The position numbers and the translations under genes are program-made. Positions 61,156 to 64,000 of a stretch of 64,000 bases of DNA are shown piece by piece. The notes beneath the pieces were generated by a model. The model was not told where the DNA came from, did no database searches, and was given only the letters and a program-made list of their open reading frames with translations. Source of the DNA: an uncultured Desulfovibrio sp. GTDB lineage: Bacteria > Desulfobacterota > Desulfovibrionia > Desulfovibrionales > Desulfovibrionaceae. Where the stretch lies: NCBI GenBank assembly GCA_902783285.1, contig CACZQM010000080.1:11872-75871 (forward strand). Direction: 5' to 3'. How positions within the stretch are numbered: the stretch's first letter is position 1; the number at the start of each line of letters is the position of its first letter.

Positions 61156-62420
61156 GATGCGTTCTCCTTGGAAGCTAGGATTCCTGCCTGCATGCCCGTT
61201 GCCAGCGCTACGCCATGCCCGCTTTTCTCAGCAGCATAATCATATCCGCCGAGGATGCGCCCGGCAAAACGCACATTCTGCAGCAGCACCTGCCCGTTGC
61301 CATCGATGGCCTGCAGAGAGGCATTGCATCTCACGCCAAGGCTGGAAAAGAGGCTTTCCCCGAAAATTTCCATGGACGCCCATTCCTGGGGATCGGCTGG
61401 AGCATCGACGGGGATCTTGAAAATGGACTCCCATGCCTTGCCGGGCATCGTTTCCAGCCCGCCGCCAAGGATGCCGCCTGTGGCGATGATGAACTGGTCT
61501 GCCTCCCAGCGGCGTTCGCCATCGTGGTTGTCCGTCATGACGGAAAGGCATCTGCCGTCCTGGGTCACAGCATCGCATACAGTCGCATTTTCGACCAGTT
61601 CCACGCATGAAAGGTCGTTCATGGCTTTTTTCATGGCTTCCCTGACCCTCAGTCCAGCGACGCCCGGGGGGATGGAGACCATTTCCACCAGGCGTGTATG
61701 CAGGATGCCGCACAGCCTTTCCCAGAGCGCCTGGCTGTTTTGGATGCCCAGGACAGGCGGCACCAGTATCGCGGGATAGAGCCTTGCATAGGGCGTGAGC
61801 TTTTCGATCAGCCAATGCTCCCCTTCCCTGGTCTCCACGAAGTGCGCGATATCGAGCGGCGTGATATTGCGATGCGCCTGCGCGATGGGACAGGAAATGG
61901 TCGCTTCCATGAACTCCATGTCACGATACTGTACGTACCTGTGGAGCTGGTTGATGATCAGGCGGGGGTGGACATCCTTCATGTTGTCCACGGTGATGAC
62001 GACGGCACGGCGCACCTCATCGAAAATGGAGGTGTCGAAGCTTTGCGCGCTCATATAGCTAGGCTTCAGCGTGCCCATCACGGTGATCAGATCATGGTTG
62101 CTGCCGTCTTCATTGGCTTTCAGATTCAAACCGTATCGCTGGCAAACGCCCTGGAGCCACGCTACAGAACGTGCGACGGCCTCTTTTCCGACAAGGCGGT
62201 ATGGATGCTCCGGCGGAAGGCTTGTGATCTCCTCCAGGGGAGAAAGGACGCGTTTTCCCTGTGCATAGCCGAGCAGGTCGATGCACCCGCTGCTGACCGC
62301 CATGGTGCCGACGCCGCTGGCCATGATAGTGACCTTTTTTCCGGATCCGGCGGCTGCGAGAGCGGCTGCTAGACCAGCGAGACCTGAGCCGATAACGATG
62401 ACATCACTTTTCCTGCTCAT
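61152..62420 (-). CDS. glpB: Anaerobic glycerol-3-phosphate dehydrogenase subunit B
   Basis: VIGSGLAG FAD motif, SGCIDLLG, PPGVAGLR, IATGGILGGG and SGHGVALATG. Confidence 0.92.
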   Translation of the reverse strand: MSRKSDVIVIGSGLAGLAAALAAAGSGKKVTIMASGVGTMAVSSGCIDLLGYAQGKRVLSPLEEITSLPPEHPYRLVGKEAVARSVAWLQGVCQRYGLNLKANEDGSNHDLITVMGTLKPSYMSAQSFDTSIFDEVRRAVVITVDNMKDVHPRLIINQLHRYVQYRDMEFMEATISCPIAQAHRNITPLDIAHFVETREGEHWLIEKLTPYARLYPAILVPPVLGIQNSQALWERLCGILHTRLVEMVSIPPGVAGLRVREAMKKAMNDLSCVELVENATVCDAVTQDGRCLSVMTDNHDGERRWEADQFIIATGGILGGGLETMPGKAWESIFKIPVDAPADPQEWASMEIFGESLFSSLGVRCNASLQAIDGNGQVLLQNVRFAGRILGGYDYAAEKSGHGVALATGMQAGILASKENAS

Positions 62421-64000
62421 GGAGCGCTCCATCAATGTTCAGTGTCGCCGCGTAGACCGATCTTCCCAGTTCCATTTCCTTCGCCTGGATGCCCCATATC
62501 GCAGGGCGGAGCCCCTTCCAACGCTCCTGGAGGAAGCGGTGCAGGCTTTCCGTGGCGGAAGCCGCGAACGGGACATTGCATTCCGCCAGGGAACCGATCG
62601 TGCGCAGGGAGCAGAAGGTGCCTTGGCATGTGCCCATCCCCATGCGCGTACGGATGCGGATATCGTTCATGGAGACTGTGGAGGGGTCGGACGCAACGTA
62701 CTCGATCTCAGCGCGCGAGACCATCTCGCATTCGCACAGCAGCGTGTTCGACGGCATGGCCGATGCTTTTTCGACAACGATGGGAAATGCGGCTCCCAGG
62801 CGGTTCGCTGCCAGCTCGACACCGTGGACGGGAAAATATTTCCGGGCCTTTTCCAGCATTTCTGCTGACGGATCTTCTATCAGCGGCTCCTGCGCCGTCC
62901 GGCACTCGGCGTGGATGCCGAGCTTGGCGCAGATCAGGTCGGCCATCTTTTCCGCCATGAGGCGGTAGGTCGTGAATTTCCCGCCGAAAATGGACACCAT
63001 GCCTTCCAGTCCGTCTTCCGAATGGTCGGCGATGTGGAAGCCGCGGCTCACTTCCCTGCCCTGCGGGCCGGATTTTCCGGCATAGAGCGGGCGTGTCCCG
63101 GCGAACGCCCGGAGTATCCTGAATGTTTTAAGCTTCGGGATGAGCACCTCGCCGATATCTAGGAGTTTTAAAACATCTTCCGTGGGAACGTCATGGGCGT
63201 CCGGGCGGTCTGCATGGAACGATGTCGTTCCCAGGATGGTTATCGATCCGTGAGGTACAAAGATGTCCCCGTCGGAGCTGGGATGGAGCCTGTTGATGAT
63301 GCGGGACGTCAGGCGATGGTTGAATGCGACCAGGGTGCCCCTGTCCGGCTGCACGGGGACGTCAAGCCCCACCAGTTCTGCCACTTTCCCGCTCCAGGAA
63401 CCGGCAGCGTTGACCACCATGTCGCATGCGATGCGGACGTCCTGGTTCTTCATCGTGTCAAAGGCGTGCACGCCGGTGATCCTGCCGCCCTGCTGGTCTA
63501 TGCCGACGACTTTATGGTAGGTCAGCATTTCTCCGCCATATCGGCGGGCGGAAAGGGCATTGTGCCATATGAGGCGGAAACCGTCGACACTTGAATCTGG
63601 TACGCGGTACACCGCGCGTATGGAAGGCGAAAGGTTCGGCTCCATCCTGAGCGCATCCCTGACGCTCACGGGCTCGGCGGAGATGCCGGAACGGGCGCAG
63701 GCCTCGACCCATTTTGACTCGAATGAGGGGTCATCCTGATCCGTGAGGACGAAGAAGCCCTCTGAGACTTCGACACATTGCTTTCCAATGCGGCGAAGTA
63801 TGGCGTTTTCCGTGATGCATTCCCGTGCTGCGTCAAGATCCTTGACGGCATATCGCCCGCCGCTGTGGAGGAGCCCGTGGTAGCGGGAGCTTGCACCGGA
63901 AGCGATGCACCCCTGCTCCAGCAAGATGGCTTTCACACCCCGCATGCTGAGATCACGCAAAATGCCAATGCCGGTGGCACCTCCGCCGATGATGACTACT
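62404..64000 (-). CDS. glpA: Anaerobic glycerol-3-phosphate dehydrogenase subunit A (start lies beyond the window)
   Basis: IIGGGATG at the edge, SSRYHGLLHSGGRYA, AGTRPL, GGKFTTYRLMAE, and a BFD-like LCECE...GMGTCQGTFC domain. Confidence 0.94.
   Translation of the reverse strand, partial: VVIIGGGATGIGILRDLSMRGVKAILLEQGCIASGASSRYHGLLHSGGRYAVKDLDAARECITENAILRRIGKQCVEVSEGFFVLTDQDDPSFESKWVEACARSGISAEPVSVRDALRMEPNLSPSIRAVYRVPDSSVDGFRLIWHNALSARRYGGEMLTYHKVVGIDQQGGRITGVHAFDTMKNQDVRIACDMVVNAAGSWSGKVAELVGLDVPVQPDRGTLVAFNHRLTSRIINRLHPSSDGDIFVPHGSITILGTTSFHADRPDAHDVPTEDVLKLLDIGEVLIPKLKTFRILRAFAGTRPLYAGKSGPQGREVSRGFHIADHSEDGLEGMVSIFGGKFTTYRLMAEKMADLICAKLGIHAECRTAQEPLIEDPSAEMLEKARKYFPVHGVELAANRLGAAFPIVVEKASAMPSNTLLCECEMVSRAEIEYVASDPSTVSMNDIRIRTRMGMGTCQGTFCSLRTIGSLAECNVPFAASATESLHRFLQERWKGLRPAIWGIQAKEMELGRSVYAATLNIDGALHEQEK

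Overview
64 kb of core chromosome from a GC-rich anaerobic sulfate-reducer relative. Desulfovibrionaceae is inferred from recognisable protein families; no search was run. The window is gene-dense and shows no integrase, transposase, prophage or CRISPR. In order: PLP aminotransferase plus TRAP transporter operon; tRNA-Ala(CGC); hypF; acyl-CoA synthetase; RlmM-like methyltransferase; gpmI and rsfS; a PHP-fold protein that has lost its metal ligands; tRNA-Thr and tRNA-Pro; pyruvate:ferredoxin oxidoreductase; a long minus-strand run (rnc, 1448-aa dehydratase-activase fusion, U32, DUF1786, DUF456, trmJ-like, RND adaptor, frameshifted RND permease, agmatinase); a small Sm-like-fold candidate; M20 hydrolase; GT4; ybaK; a 1010-aa PHP/membrane protein; a six-gene Ehr complex (hydrogenase-like, no NiFe site); CapA-family and Spy/ZraP-like genes; metF plus split metH; hslU; an MBOAT/2xSGNH/RlpA O-acetylation module; glpABC. 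Non-coding highlights are a XerCD dif site at 59859-59886 with KOPS polarity inverting around it (so the window probably spans the replication terminus), an unexplained five-hairpin element with G-rich loops at about 39195-39435, and a G9 tract in an O-acetyltransferase gene. Several starts were moved from the ORF track to the start codon with a ribosome-binding site.
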